Source: Lytechinus pictus
Taxonomy: Eukaryota
Length of the DNA: 64,000 nucleotides
Reading direction: 5' to 3'
Assembly (NCBI RefSeq): GCF_037042905.1
Contig: NC_087254.1
Coordinates: 11,842,001 to 11,906,000, forward strand
How positions within the stretch are numbered: the first letter of the stretch is position 1; each line of letters starts with the position of its first letter. The notes beneath the pieces are model-generated. The model was given only the letters and a program-made list of their open reading frames with translations. It had not been told where the DNA came from and did no database searches. Below, in pieces: positions 40,112 to 51,320 of the stretch. The position numbers and the translations under genes are program-made.

Positions 40112-42407
40112 CTAGATTTTAATTCGTCATGCGGACGAATTAGGTGGTCTGTCGTATAGATAGATAAACAGGAAAAAAATATTTAAACAGATATTAGATT
40201 GAAAAATAGATAGACAAACAGATTTACATAATCAAACAGATACATACAAGAAAGATATATAATTATAGTAGATGGATGGAGTGATGGATGGAGAGATCAA
40301 TTATAGGTGGTTATATTAATAAAACATAGACATATAGATAGATAGAGACACAGACATATAGATAGATAGAGAGACAGACTTATAGATCGATAGATTGATT
40401 GATAGATATATAGATAGATAGAGAGAGAGAGAGATGATTGGTGGTTATATTAATAAAACATAGATAAACATATAGATAGAAAGAGAGACAGACAGATAGA
40501 TAGATAGACAGATAGATCTAGACAGACATATAGATAGAGAGACAGACATATCATGAAGCTATTACGAGCTATCTCGTAAGAGACAGACATATAGATTGAT
40601 AGAGAGACAGAGATAGATAGAGAGACAGACATATAGATGAATAGATAGATAGCTAGATAGAGAGACAGACAGACAGATATATAGATAGATAGATAGATAG
40701 ATAGAGACAGGCAGATATATAGATGGCTAGATAGATAGACATATCTAAACAGATAGATACATATATATAATAATTAAATATAATTATATATCATAATGTA
40801 TGTACATTTTCTCATGTTAATTTTATGTTTATAACAAGATATATTGTGATTGTTTTTTTAATATGCAGGACCCCAAGGGAGAGCAATTTTTTGTTGATTG
40901 GGTATCCTGTTGAAATATTGTTAATAAATAAATAAATAAATAATAAATATAGCGTATTAGACACACAGAGAGAGAGATAGATAGATAAACAGACAGAATA
41001 GATATACAATGTAGGTAGATAGACAGACAGACATATGGATAGATAGAGAGAGAGGGACGTATTCAAACAGAAAAATATATATTAGACAGAGAGATGTGAT
41101 GTAGGTAGATAGACAGACAGATAAATAGATATGATATAAAAAGTAATTATAATCTGTTTTATTTTGCAATATTTTAGCTATTATTTGTTAGAATTCTTAT
41201 AATTGATCGGGGGCAAGATAGCTAAAAAAAAAAAAAATCATGTTCACCCGCGGACTCGAACCCCTGCCTGCATGATGGAATGAGAAGTAAGTCTGACGCC
41301 TAACCGATTGAGCTAGAATATTTCCCATAGACTTAACACGTAAGCAAAACACCAGAATCTCAAATCCAATCTTGCAAGTGAATTACGGGCATGATCCCGA
41401 CATCTGATCGGAAAATGAAGGAAACGCAACCGAAAGCTTAGAATCTCAGCTACAACATACTAAAAGCTCAGGGATAACTAGCAACAAAAATTGGAGATAT
41501 GGCTTACGAAATAGAAGAATGTAGAATCTAGTTTTGAGAAAAAGTCATGTCCCATAGAGATTACACGCAAAATGAGTAAAAATGACATGCCATTATTATT
41601 TGCAATTTTTGAGGATGATTTGTCTATCAAAATGAAAAATAAAGGCAATAACTCAGAAAGAGTAAGAACTAAGCTACAACATATCAAAAATTGGGTGAAA
41701 ATTGACCAATATTCACGGAGTTAGAGCAAGATTTGCATAATTATAATGACGTCATAATAGGCAAAATGGATTTTTTGAATTCCGACGCCATTTTGATGAC
41801 GTCATAATATAATTGAGGGTCAAATGAGACATGAAATTATATCTCTAGTTCATACTCTATCAAAATATGAAAAAAAAATTGGGGGTCCCCATGCGTTCTG
41901 AAGAGCTACAGCGGATTTTCTATAGGCATGTTTTTGCCCATATATGGCCTATAGTGAGAGCTCGCGCGCACACGTGCTGCAAACTTTAACGGGTGTTAAT
42001 TTCCTTATTAATGGTCGTAGAAGGTTGATCAAGGTATCAAATTGCTCAAAATTATATGATCAATGCAATGAAATAAAAAAAAACGGTGTTTCTGAGTTGC
42101 ATTGAGGCGTTACGCGCGGAAACGCGCGCGCATACGTTTGCGCGCGCAATTTTTTGAAATGCTTAAAATGACCTAAAACGTACTCTGATTTGGTCAAAAA
42201 GTGATTTTTAGCATTTTAAAATTTTGACGCGCGCGTACGCGCGCGTCGTGACCTTCAGGTGACCTTTGATGACATGACCTGATGACCCTTGATCTGAAGT
42301 TTATGTCATGTGAATTTGATTTATTTTTGATAATTGATAATGGAGATATGATTGATAATGTGATTTTACAAAATGGCGTCTAGATGACGTCATGATGACG
42401 TCATGAC
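40112..42407 (-). mobile_element. Non-autonomous Helitron-like element that hosts the PLE insertion; probably continues at 61828 to about 61854
   Basis: The minus-strand 3' end reads TAATTCGTC-CGCAT-GACGAATTA (hairpin), AAAT, CTAG|T. A second copy has the same terminus at 61950, and 41100-42400 is homologous to 62150-64000. Confidence 0.65.
40155..41130. repeat. Degenerate (GATA/GACA)n microsatellite region inside the Helitron-like element
   Basis: Direct inspection. Confidence 0.9.
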
Positions 42408-42519
42408 ATTAAGATTCTTATAATTTCTGAAGGTTTCCATGGCGAAGAAGAATAGTGTAGTAGGTTTCACGGTACACCATGTATTCTTTCTTGGGCATAT
42501 GTTGGTCCTGAAAAGGACC

Positions 42520-42573
42520 ACCCAATCTCGACGTTTCGACAAGTGTGTTCTTGTCGTCCTCAGGAGAATGAGC
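42520..42573 (-). ncRNA. Hammerhead ribozyme copy (minus arm, terminal)
   Basis: Reverse complement of the same motif. Confidence 0.9.
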
Positions 42574-42842
42574 AAAGTTTGTAAAAGCAGGCCTTATATA
42601 CTCTGTCGAAGTGCCGTATGCACGGTATCTCGCAGGGTACATGTCTCTGATTGGCTAGATAGGTCACATGACATCCACATATGCGGACGTGGGTGACAAC
42701 ACACAAATTGGGCGCGCAAAACCAGCGACGACCGGAAATTGCTGTCAGTTATCATTCCCGCTAGGATTAGCATTAATGACAAAAGTCACCACTTCCGCCC
42801 ATACACTGCAGTGCTCACACGTGTGTGGAACGTCCGGGTAGG

Positions 42843-45266
42843 CTAATTAGGCAAATTAGCCCCTTTGTCTAGAACGGTAAGCCAGATATTGCTGAGTTGG
42901 AGGCCGCTGTCTTGAGGAACAGTGTTATGTTCCTCAATCTCCAACGCTTCTCTGACTCTCCGTTGATACCAGTAGGGGACACGGGTGACTAGTCTACTCT
43001 CATCCCAAAGAATCCGGTGATCATGCGTATGGGCATGATCGATGATTGCAGACCTCTCCCTCTCGTCTCTCCTACCATGGGCCTTGTGTTCCTTAATCCG
43101 AGTGTTGAAGGAACGACCCGTCTCTCCGATGTAAACTTTACCGCATTCACAGGGAATTCGGTAAACTCCAGGGAGGTCCTTGGAGTTGCGCTTGTCCTTA
43201 TGTGTAGTGAGGGCAGATTGAAGCTTATTTGAGGAACTATGACGAACCTCAATGTCGGCTTCTCTCAAAATCCTCTGAATTTTGTGAGAGGCTGCTCCCA
43301 GATATGGAAGAACGACTCTCGCCTTGGGTTGTCCTGCACGAGGGTTCCGCGAGGGGGGAAGCTCAGTGCAGATCTTGTGTGAGGGGTAGTTGTTACATTT
43401 CAAAACACGTTTGATATGCTCAAGCTCACCTCTCAGGTGGATCTGGTCACTAACCTCATGCGCTCGTTTGACTAACGTCTTGTTGATGGATCTCAGCACT
43501 GATGGGTGGTGGAATGAACGATAGTTCAAGTACCGATCAGTGTGAGTAGGTTTCCGATAAACCTGATGGGATAGGGATCCCTGTGCCGTCCTCGTAATCT
43601 TTGTATCAAGAAAGGGGATAGACCCCTCATTCTCCATTTCCATGGTGAACTTGATACACTCGTGTTGAGAGTTGAGGTGCTGTAAGAAATTGCTAGTTTC
43701 CTCAGCACCGTGTTGCCAAACCACAAAAGTGTCGTCCACATATCTAAGCCACACTTTGGGTTTGTGGGTTGCTGACTGGAGAGCCGTCTCCTCGAAATGT
43801 TCCATGAACATGTTGGCTACCACTGGGGACAGGGGAGACCCCATGGCAGCCCCTTCCGTTTGCCTGTAGAATGTGTCTCTCCATCTGAAAGAGGTGGAAT
43901 TGAGGCACATCTCAAGCAGGTCATGGATCTCTAGAGGAGACAACTGTGTCCTGTCAGGGAGAGTTCTGTCAAATTTCAATCTCTCAAGGATGATGGCGCA
44001 AGCATCCTTAACTGGTACACTTGTGAACAATGACTCAACATCAAAGCTGATGAGGAGGTCATTGTTAGAGACGTTCATCTGACAGATCTGCTCAACGAAA
44101 TGTTTAGAGTTTCTCACGTGATGCACGCCCTGACCAACAAGAGGCTGTAAGATGTAAGTCAGATGCTGAGCCAGTGCGTACGTGGGAGATCCTCTAGTAG
44201 ACACAATAGGTCTGAGTGGAGTGTCTGGTTTATGAATCTTCGGTTGCCCAAAGATTATGGGACATAGACCAGACGAGCTCCGGAGTTGTCGGTAAATGGG
44301 TCTAGACAAGACATCCTTTCTCTGGAGAGAGAGGAGCTTATCATTAACCCTACGTTCGATGGCCGGCGTGGGGTCTCTAGGAAGTTTCCTATAGGTCCCC
44401 GAATCCAGTAATCTTTGAACCTTGGTCTCATAATCCAATCTGTCCATCACAACAGTAGCATTACCCTTGTCTGCCTTGAGAATATGAATGGAGTTATCCT
44501 CTCGGAGACTAGCAAGGCCTGACTTCTCGGCTTTGGTGAGGTTGGGCCGAGGTGGGTTAACCGAAGTCAGTACTTGTGAGATTTGGATACGCACTGTGTC
44601 TGATTGAGACCGAGTAAGATGTCTGAGGCTGGGTTCAATCTTCTGGATGAATTCTTTTCGGTTTACTTGCTTAGGAGCCATAGCAAAATTAAGTCCCAAT
44701 GAGAGGACCTGATGTTCATTCTCAGACAACTGACGTTGACTGAGGTTGACAACAGTTTTGCTAGGATGCAAGTTGTGTCTGGGCTGGCGGTTGTGTCTCG
44801 GCTGGCGGTTGTGTCTCGGCTGGTGTTTGTTGAAACGGGAAGGACGGATCAGTTTCTCAAACTTCCTCACTTGTTTGGACTTAGTTGTCTCAAAAACGAA
44901 GTGGCTGGAAGATTTGATGAAACGATCGATTTTACCCCAATCCTTGCTCGAGAGCTTTGACTTTAGGTATTCTTCCGATGTTTCAACAAAAGGTTGAAGT
45001 TGTCTGAGCTGGTTATGGACGTGTCTGATCCTCTCTCTGATGAGACTCTCAGAAGCATGTCTAAGAACCTGCTCCGCTCGTCTGGAACGGACAGGTGCAT
45101 GGAGCACCAATCCGCGGGGGATAACCCCTGAATCCCTGCACCTTTTGAGAAAGGTGAGATGGTTGACAAATCTGGCTTCCTTGATCCTGTTCCGCTGTAG
45201 TCTTCTGGTGTGCTGGAACGTCTGCTCCCCGTAGAGACGAATGATATAATTTCTGAAGGTTTCCAT
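42843..45266 (-). CDS. PLE reverse transcriptase + GIY-YIG endonuclease, intact (807 aa from gccATGg)
   Basis: ADKG motif, SFDVESLFT, GAAMGSPLSP, YVDD, and GVYRIPCECGKVYIGETGR..RIKEH. First in-frame ATG is in a strong Kozak context. Confidence 0.96.
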   Translation of the reverse strand: METFRNYIIRLYGEQTFQHTRRLQRNRIKEARFVNHLTFLKRCRDSGVIPRGLVLHAPVRSRRAEQVLRHASESLIRERIRHVHNQLRQLQPFVETSEEYLKSKLSSKDWGKIDRFIKSSSHFVFETTKSKQVRKFEKLIRPSRFNKHQPRHNRQPRHNRQPRHNLHPSKTVVNLSQRQLSENEHQVLSLGLNFAMAPKQVNRKEFIQKIEPSLRHLTRSQSDTVRIQISQVLTSVNPPRPNLTKAEKSGLASLREDNSIHILKADKGNATVVMDRLDYETKVQRLLDSGTYRKLPRDPTPAIERRVNDKLLSLQRKDVLSRPIYRQLRSSSGLCPIIFGQPKIHKPDTPLRPIVSTRGSPTYALAQHLTYILQPLVGQGVHHVRNSKHFVEQICQMNVSNNDLLISFDVESLFTSVPVKDACAIILERLKFDRTLPDRTQLSPLEIHDLLEMCLNSTSFRWRDTFYRQTEGAAMGSPLSPVVANMFMEHFEETALQSATHKPKVWLRYVDDTFVVWQHGAEETSNFLQHLNSQHECIKFTMEMENEGSIPFLDTKITRTAQGSLSHQVYRKPTHTDRYLNYRSFHHPSVLRSINKTLVKRAHEVSDQIHLRGELEHIKRVLKCNNYPSHKICTELPPSRNPRAGQPKARVVLPYLGAASHKIQRILREADIEVRHSSSNKLQSALTTHKDKRNSKDLPGVYRIPCECGKVYIGETGRSFNTRIKEHKAHGRRDERERSAIIDHAHTHDHRILWDESRLVTRVPYWYQRRVREALEIEEHNTVPQDSGLQLSNIWLTVLDKGANLPN

Positions 45267-45345
45267 GGCGAAGAAGAATAGTGTAGTAGGTTTCACGGTA
45301 CACCATGTATTCTTTCTTGGGCATATGTTGGTCCTGAAAAGGACC

Positions 45346-45399
45346 ACCCAATCTCGACGTTTCGACAAGTGTGTTCTTGTCGTCCTCAGGAGAATGAGC
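45346..45399 (-). ncRNA. Hammerhead ribozyme copy
   Basis: Reverse complement of the same motif. Confidence 0.9.
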
Positions 45400-45668
45400 A
45401 AAGTTTGTAAAAGCAGGCCTTATATACTCTGTCGAAGTGCCGTATGCACGGTATCTCGCAGGGTACATGTCTCTGATTGGCTAGATAGGTCACATGACAT
45501 CCACATATGCGGACGTGGGTGACAACACACAAATTGGGCGCGCAAAACCAGCGACGACCGGAAATTGCTGTCAGTTATCATTCCCGCTAGGATTAGCATT
45601 AATGACAAAAGTCACCACTTCCGCCCATACACTGCAGTGCTCACACGTGTGTGGAACGTCCGGGTAGG

Positions 45669-48092
45669 CTAATTAGGCAAATTAGCCCCTTTGTCTAGAA
45701 CGGTAAGCCAGATATTGCTGAGTTGGAGGCCGCTGTCTTGAGGAACAGTGTTATGTTCCTCAATCTCCAACGCTTCTCTGACTCTCCGTTGATACCAGTA
45801 GGGGACACGGGTGACTAGTCTACTCTCATCCCAAAGAATCCGGTGATCATGCGTATGGGCATGATCGATGATTGCAGACCTCTCCCTCTCGTCTCTCCTA
45901 CCATGGGCCTTGTGTTCCTTAATCCGAGTGTTGAAGGAACGACCCGTCTCTCCGATGTAAACTTTACCGCATTCACAGGGAATTCGGTAAACTCCAGGGA
46001 GGTCCTTGGAGTTGCGCTTGTCCTTATGTGTAGTGAGGGCAGATTGAAGCTTATTTGAGGAACTATGACGAACCTCAATGTCGGCTTCTCTCAAAATCCT
46101 CTGAATTTTGTGAGAGGCTGCTCCCAGATATGGAAGAACGACTCTCGCCTTGGGTTGTCCTGCACGAGGGTTCCGCGAGGGGGGAAGCTCAGTGCAGATC
46201 TTGTGTGAGGGGTAGTTGTTACATTTCAAAACACGTTTGATATGCTCAAGCTCACCTCTCAGGTGGATCTGGTCACTAACCTCATGCGCTCGTTTGACTA
46301 ACGTCTTGTTGATGGATCTCAGCACTGATGGGTGGTGGAATGAACGATAGTTCAAGTACCGATCAGTGTGAGTAGGTTTCCGATAAACCTGATGGGATAG
46401 GGATCCCTGTGCCGTCCTCGTAATCTTTGTATCAAGAAAGGGGATAGACCCCTCATTCTCCATTTCCATGGTGAACTTGATACACTCGTGTTGAGAGTTG
46501 AGGTGCTGTAAGAAATTGCTAGTTTCCTCAGCACCGTGTTGCCAAACCACAAAAGTGTCGTCCACATATCTAAGCCACACTTTGGGTTTGTGGGTTGCTG
46601 ACTGGAGAGCCGTCTCCTCGAAATGTTCCATGAACATGTTGGCTACCACTGGGGACAGGGGAGACCCCATGGCAGCCCCTTCCGTTTGCCTGTAGAATGT
46701 GTCTCTCCATCTGAAAGAGGTGGAATTGAGGCACATCTCAAGCAGGTCATGGATCTCTAGAGGAGACAACTGTGTCCTGTCAGGGAGAGTTCTGTCAAAT
46801 TTCAATCTCTCAAGGATGATGGCGCAAGCATCCTTAACTGGTACACTTGTGAACAATGACTCAACATCAAAGCTGATGAGGAGGTCATTGTTAGAGACGT
46901 TCATCTGACAGATCTGCTCAACGAAATGTTTAGAGTTTCTCACGTGATGCACGCCCTGACCAACAAGAGGCTGTAAGATGTAAGTCAGATGCTGAGCCAG
47001 TGCGTACGTGGGAGATCCTCTAGTAGACACAATAGGTCTGAGTGGAGTGTCTGGTTTATGAATCTTCGGTTGCCCAAAGATTATGGGACATAGACCAGAC
47101 GAGCTCCGGAGTTGTCGGTAAATGGGTCTAGACAAGACATCCTTTCTCTGGAGAGAGAGGAGCTTATCATTAACCCTACGTTCGATGGCCGGCGTGGGGT
47201 CTCTAGGAAGTTTCCTATAGGTCCCCGAATCCAGTAATCTTTGAACCTTGGTCTCATAATCCAATCTGTCCATCACAACAGTAGCATTACCCTTGTCTGC
47301 CTTGAGAATATGAATGGAGTTATCCTCTCGGAGACTAGCAAGGCCTGACTTCTCGGCTTTGGTGAGGTTGGGCCGAGGTGGGTTAACCGAAGTCAGTACT
47401 TGTGAGATTTGGATACGCACTGTGTCTGATTGAGACCGAGTAAGATGTCTGAGGCTGGGTTCAATCTTCTGGATGAATTCTTTTCGGTTTACTTGCTTAG
47501 GAGCCATAGCAAAATTAAGTCCCAATGAGAGGACCTGATGTTCATTCTCAGACAACTGACGTTGACTGAGGTTGACAACAGTTTTGCTAGGATGCAAGTT
47601 GTGTCTGGGCTGGCGGTTGTGTCTCGGCTGGCGGTTGTGTCTCGGCTGGTGTTTGTTGAAACGGGAAGGACGGATCAGTTTCTCAAACTTCCTCACTTGT
47701 TTGGACTTAGTTGTCTCAAAAACGAAGTGGCTGGAAGATTTGATGAAACGATCGATTTTACCCCAATCCTTGCTCGAGAGCTTTGACTTTAGGTATTCTT
47801 CCGATGTTTCAACAAAAGGTTGAAGTTGTCTGAGCTGGTTATGGACGTGTCTGATCCTCTCTCTGATGAGACTCTCAGAAGCATGTCTAAGAACCTGCTC
47901 CGCTCGTCTGGAACGGACAGGTGCATGGAGCACCAATCCGCGGGGGATAACCCCTGAATCCCTGCACCTTTTGAGAAAGGTGAGATGGTTGACAAATCTG
48001 GCTTCCTTGATCCTGTTCCGCTGTAGTCTTCTGGTGTGCTGGAACGTCTGCTCCCCGTAGAGACGAATGATATAATTTCTGAAGGTTTCCAT
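45669..48092 (-). CDS. PLE RT + GIY-YIG, intact copy
   Basis: Translation identical to the 42843 copy. Confidence 0.96.
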   Translation of the reverse strand: METFRNYIIRLYGEQTFQHTRRLQRNRIKEARFVNHLTFLKRCRDSGVIPRGLVLHAPVRSRRAEQVLRHASESLIRERIRHVHNQLRQLQPFVETSEEYLKSKLSSKDWGKIDRFIKSSSHFVFETTKSKQVRKFEKLIRPSRFNKHQPRHNRQPRHNRQPRHNLHPSKTVVNLSQRQLSENEHQVLSLGLNFAMAPKQVNRKEFIQKIEPSLRHLTRSQSDTVRIQISQVLTSVNPPRPNLTKAEKSGLASLREDNSIHILKADKGNATVVMDRLDYETKVQRLLDSGTYRKLPRDPTPAIERRVNDKLLSLQRKDVLSRPIYRQLRSSSGLCPIIFGQPKIHKPDTPLRPIVSTRGSPTYALAQHLTYILQPLVGQGVHHVRNSKHFVEQICQMNVSNNDLLISFDVESLFTSVPVKDACAIILERLKFDRTLPDRTQLSPLEIHDLLEMCLNSTSFRWRDTFYRQTEGAAMGSPLSPVVANMFMEHFEETALQSATHKPKVWLRYVDDTFVVWQHGAEETSNFLQHLNSQHECIKFTMEMENEGSIPFLDTKITRTAQGSLSHQVYRKPTHTDRYLNYRSFHHPSVLRSINKTLVKRAHEVSDQIHLRGELEHIKRVLKCNNYPSHKICTELPPSRNPRAGQPKARVVLPYLGAASHKIQRILREADIEVRHSSSNKLQSALTTHKDKRNSKDLPGVYRIPCECGKVYIGETGRSFNTRIKEHKAHGRRDERERSAIIDHAHTHDHRILWDESRLVTRVPYWYQRRVREALEIEEHNTVPQDSGLQLSNIWLTVLDKGANLPN

Positions 48093-48171
48093 GGCGAAGA
48101 AGAATAGTGTAGTAGGTTTCACGGTACACCATGTATTCTTTCTTGGGCATATGTTGGTCCTGAAAAGGACC

Positions 48172-48225
48172 ACCCAATCTCGACGTTTCGACAAGTGTGT
48201 TCTTGTCGTCCTCAGGAGAATGAGC
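48172..48225 (-). ncRNA. Hammerhead ribozyme copy
   Basis: Reverse complement of the same motif. Confidence 0.9.
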
Positions 48226-48494
48226 AAAGTTTGTAAAAGCAGGCCTTATATACTCTGTCGAAGTGCCGTATGCACGGTATCTCGCAGGGTACATGTCTCT
48301 GATTGGCTAGATAGGTCACATGACATCCACATATGCGGACGTGGGTGACAACACACAAATTGGGCGCGCAAAACCAGCGACGACCGGAAATTGCTGTCAG
48401 TTATCATTCCCGCTAGGATTAGCATTAATGACAAAAGTCACCACTTCCGCCCATACACTGCAGTGCTCACACGTGTGTGGAACGTCCGGGTAGG

Positions 48495-50918
48495 CTAATT
48501 AGGCAAATTAGCCCCTTTGTCTAGAACGGTAAGCCAGATATTGCTGAGTTGGAGGCCGCTGTCTTGAGGAACAGTGTTATGTTCCTCAATCTCCAACGCT
48601 TCTCTGACTCTCCGTTGATACCAGTAGGGGACACGGGTGACTAGTCTACTCTCATCCCAAAGAATCCGGTGATCATGCGTATGGGCATGATCGATGATTG
48701 CAGACCTCTCCCTCTCGTCTCTCCTACCATGGGCCTTGTGTTCCTTAATCCGAGTGTTGAAGGAACGACCCGTCTCTCCGATGTAAACTTTACCGCATTC
48801 ACAGGGAATTCGGTAAACTCCAGGGAGGTCCTTGGAGTTGCGCTTGTCCTTATGTGTAGTGAGGGCAGATTGAAGCTTATTTGAGGAACTATGACGAACC
48901 TCAATGTCGGCTTCTCTCAAAATCCTCTGAATTTTGTGAGAGGCTGCTCCCAGATATGGAAGAACGACTCTCGCCTTGGGTTGTCCTGCACGAGGGTTCC
49001 GCGAGGGGGGAAGCTCAGTGCAGATCTTGTGTGAGGGGTAGTTGTTACATTTCAAAACACGTTTGATATGCTCAAGCTCACCTCTCAGGTGGATCTGGTC
49101 ACTAACCTCATGCGCTCGTTTGACTAACGTCTTGTTGATGGATCTCAGCACTGATGGGTGGTGGAATGAACGATAGTTCAAGTACCGATCAGTGTGAGTA
49201 GGTTTCCGATAAACCTGATGGGATAGGGATCCCTGTGCCGTCCTCGTAATCTTTGTATCAAGAAAGGGGATAGACCCCTCATTCTCCATTTCCATGGTGA
49301 ACTTGATACACTCGTGTTGAGAGTTGAGGTGCTGTAAGAAATTGCTAGTTTCCTCAGCACCGTGTTGCCAAACCACAAAAGTGTCGTCCACATATCTAAG
49401 CCACACTTTGGGTTTGTGGGTTGCTGACTGGAGAGCCGTCTCCTCGAAATGTTCCATGAACATGTTGGCTACCACTGGGGACAGGGGAGACCCCATGGCA
49501 GCCCCTTCCGTTTGCCTGTAGAATGTGTCTCTCCATCTGAAAGAGGTGGAATTGAGGCACATCTCAAGCAGGTCATGGATCTCTAGAGGAGACAACTGTG
49601 TCCTGTCAGGGAGAGTTCTGTCAAATTTCAATCTCTCAAGGATGATGGCGCAAGCATCCTTAACTGGTACACTTGTGAACAATGACTCAACATCAAAGCT
49701 GATGAGGAGGTCATTGTTAGAGACGTTCATCTGACAGATCTGCTCAACGAAATGTTTAGAGTTTCTCACGTGATGCACGCCCTGACCAACAAGAGGCTGT
49801 AAGATGTAAGTCAGATGCTGAGCCAGTGCGTACGTGGGAGATCCTCTAGTAGACACAATAGGTCTGAGTGGAGTGTCTGGTTTATGAATCTTCGGTTGCC
49901 CAAAGATTATGGGACATAGACCAGACGAGCTCCGGAGTTGTCGGTAAATGGGTCTAGACAAGACATCCTTTCTCTGGAGAGAGAGGAGCTTATCATTAAC
50001 CCTACGTTCGATGGCCGGCGTGGGGTCTCTAGGAAGTTTCCTATAGGTCCCCGAATCCAGTAATCTTTGAACCTTGGTCTCATAATCCAATCTGTCCATC
50101 ACAACAGTAGCATTACCCTTGTCTGCCTTGAGAATATGAATGGAGTTATCCTCTCGGAGACTAGCAAGGCCTGACTTCTCGGCTTTGGTGAGGTTGGGCC
50201 GAGGTGGGTTAACCGAAGTCAGTACTTGTGAGATTTGGATACGCACTGTGTCTGATTGAGACCGAGTAAGATGTCTGAGGCTGGGTTCAATCTTCTGGAT
50301 GAATTCTTTTCGGTTTACTTGCTTAGGAGCCATAGCAAAATTAAGTCCCAATGAGAGGACCTGATGTTCATTCTCAGACAACTGACGTTGACTGAGGTTG
50401 ACAACAGTTTTGCTAGGATGCAAGTTGTGTCTGGGCTGGCGGTTGTGTCTCGGCTGGCGGTTGTGTCTCGGCTGGTGTTTGTTGAAACGGGAAGGACGGA
50501 TCAGTTTCTCAAACTTCCTCACTTGTTTGGACTTAGTTGTCTCAAAAACGAAGTGGCTGGAAGATTTGATGAAACGATCGATTTTACCCCAATCCTTGCT
50601 CGAGAGCTTTGACTTTAGGTATTCTTCCGATGTTTCAACAAAAGGTTGAAGTTGTCTGAGCTGGTTATGGACGTGTCTGATCCTCTCTCTGATGAGACTC
50701 TCAGAAGCATGTCTAAGAACCTGCTCCGCTCGTCTGGAACGGACAGGTGCATGGAGCACCAATCCGCGGGGGATAACCCCTGAATCCCTGCACCTTTTGA
50801 GAAAGGTGAGATGGTTGACAAATCTGGCTTCCTTGATCCTGTTCCGCTGTAGTCTTCTGGTGTGCTGGAACGTCTGCTCCCCGTAGAGACGAATGATATA
50901 ATTTCTGAAGGTTTCCAT
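48495..50918 (-). CDS. PLE RT + GIY-YIG, intact copy
   Basis: Translation identical to the 42843 copy. Confidence 0.96.
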   Translation of the reverse strand: METFRNYIIRLYGEQTFQHTRRLQRNRIKEARFVNHLTFLKRCRDSGVIPRGLVLHAPVRSRRAEQVLRHASESLIRERIRHVHNQLRQLQPFVETSEEYLKSKLSSKDWGKIDRFIKSSSHFVFETTKSKQVRKFEKLIRPSRFNKHQPRHNRQPRHNRQPRHNLHPSKTVVNLSQRQLSENEHQVLSLGLNFAMAPKQVNRKEFIQKIEPSLRHLTRSQSDTVRIQISQVLTSVNPPRPNLTKAEKSGLASLREDNSIHILKADKGNATVVMDRLDYETKVQRLLDSGTYRKLPRDPTPAIERRVNDKLLSLQRKDVLSRPIYRQLRSSSGLCPIIFGQPKIHKPDTPLRPIVSTRGSPTYALAQHLTYILQPLVGQGVHHVRNSKHFVEQICQMNVSNNDLLISFDVESLFTSVPVKDACAIILERLKFDRTLPDRTQLSPLEIHDLLEMCLNSTSFRWRDTFYRQTEGAAMGSPLSPVVANMFMEHFEETALQSATHKPKVWLRYVDDTFVVWQHGAEETSNFLQHLNSQHECIKFTMEMENEGSIPFLDTKITRTAQGSLSHQVYRKPTHTDRYLNYRSFHHPSVLRSINKTLVKRAHEVSDQIHLRGELEHIKRVLKCNNYPSHKICTELPPSRNPRAGQPKARVVLPYLGAASHKIQRILREADIEVRHSSSNKLQSALTTHKDKRNSKDLPGVYRIPCECGKVYIGETGRSFNTRIKEHKAHGRRDERERSAIIDHAHTHDHRILWDESRLVTRVPYWYQRRVREALEIEEHNTVPQDSGLQLSNIWLTVLDKGANLPN

Positions 50919-50997
50919 GGCGAAGAAGAATAGTGTAGTAGGTTTCACGGTACACCATGTATTCTTTCTTGGGCATATGTTGGTCCTGAAAAGGACC

Positions 50998-51051
50998 ACC
51001 CAATCTCGACGTTTCGACAAGTGTGTTCTTGTCGTCCTCAGGAGAATGAGC
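50998..51051 (-). ncRNA. Hammerhead ribozyme copy
   Basis: Reverse complement of the same motif. Confidence 0.9.
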
Positions 51052-51320
51052 AAAGTTTGTAAAAGCAGGCCTTATATACTCTGTCGAAGTGCCGTATGCA
51101 CGGTATCTCGCAGGGTACATGTCTCTGATTGGCTAGATAGGTCACATGACATCCACATATGCGGACGTGGGTGACAACACACAAATTGGGCGCGCAAAAC
51201 CAGCGACGACCGGAAATTGCTGTCAGTTATCATTCCCGCTAGGATTAGCATTAATGACAAAAGTCACCACTTCCGCCCATACACTGCAGTGCTCACACGT
51301 GTGTGGAACGTCCGGGTAGG

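Noticed and set aside
45356-48181. Unit length 2826 is divisible by 3, suggesting endless rolling-circle translation
   Set aside because: The ORF ends in a stop codon in every unit.
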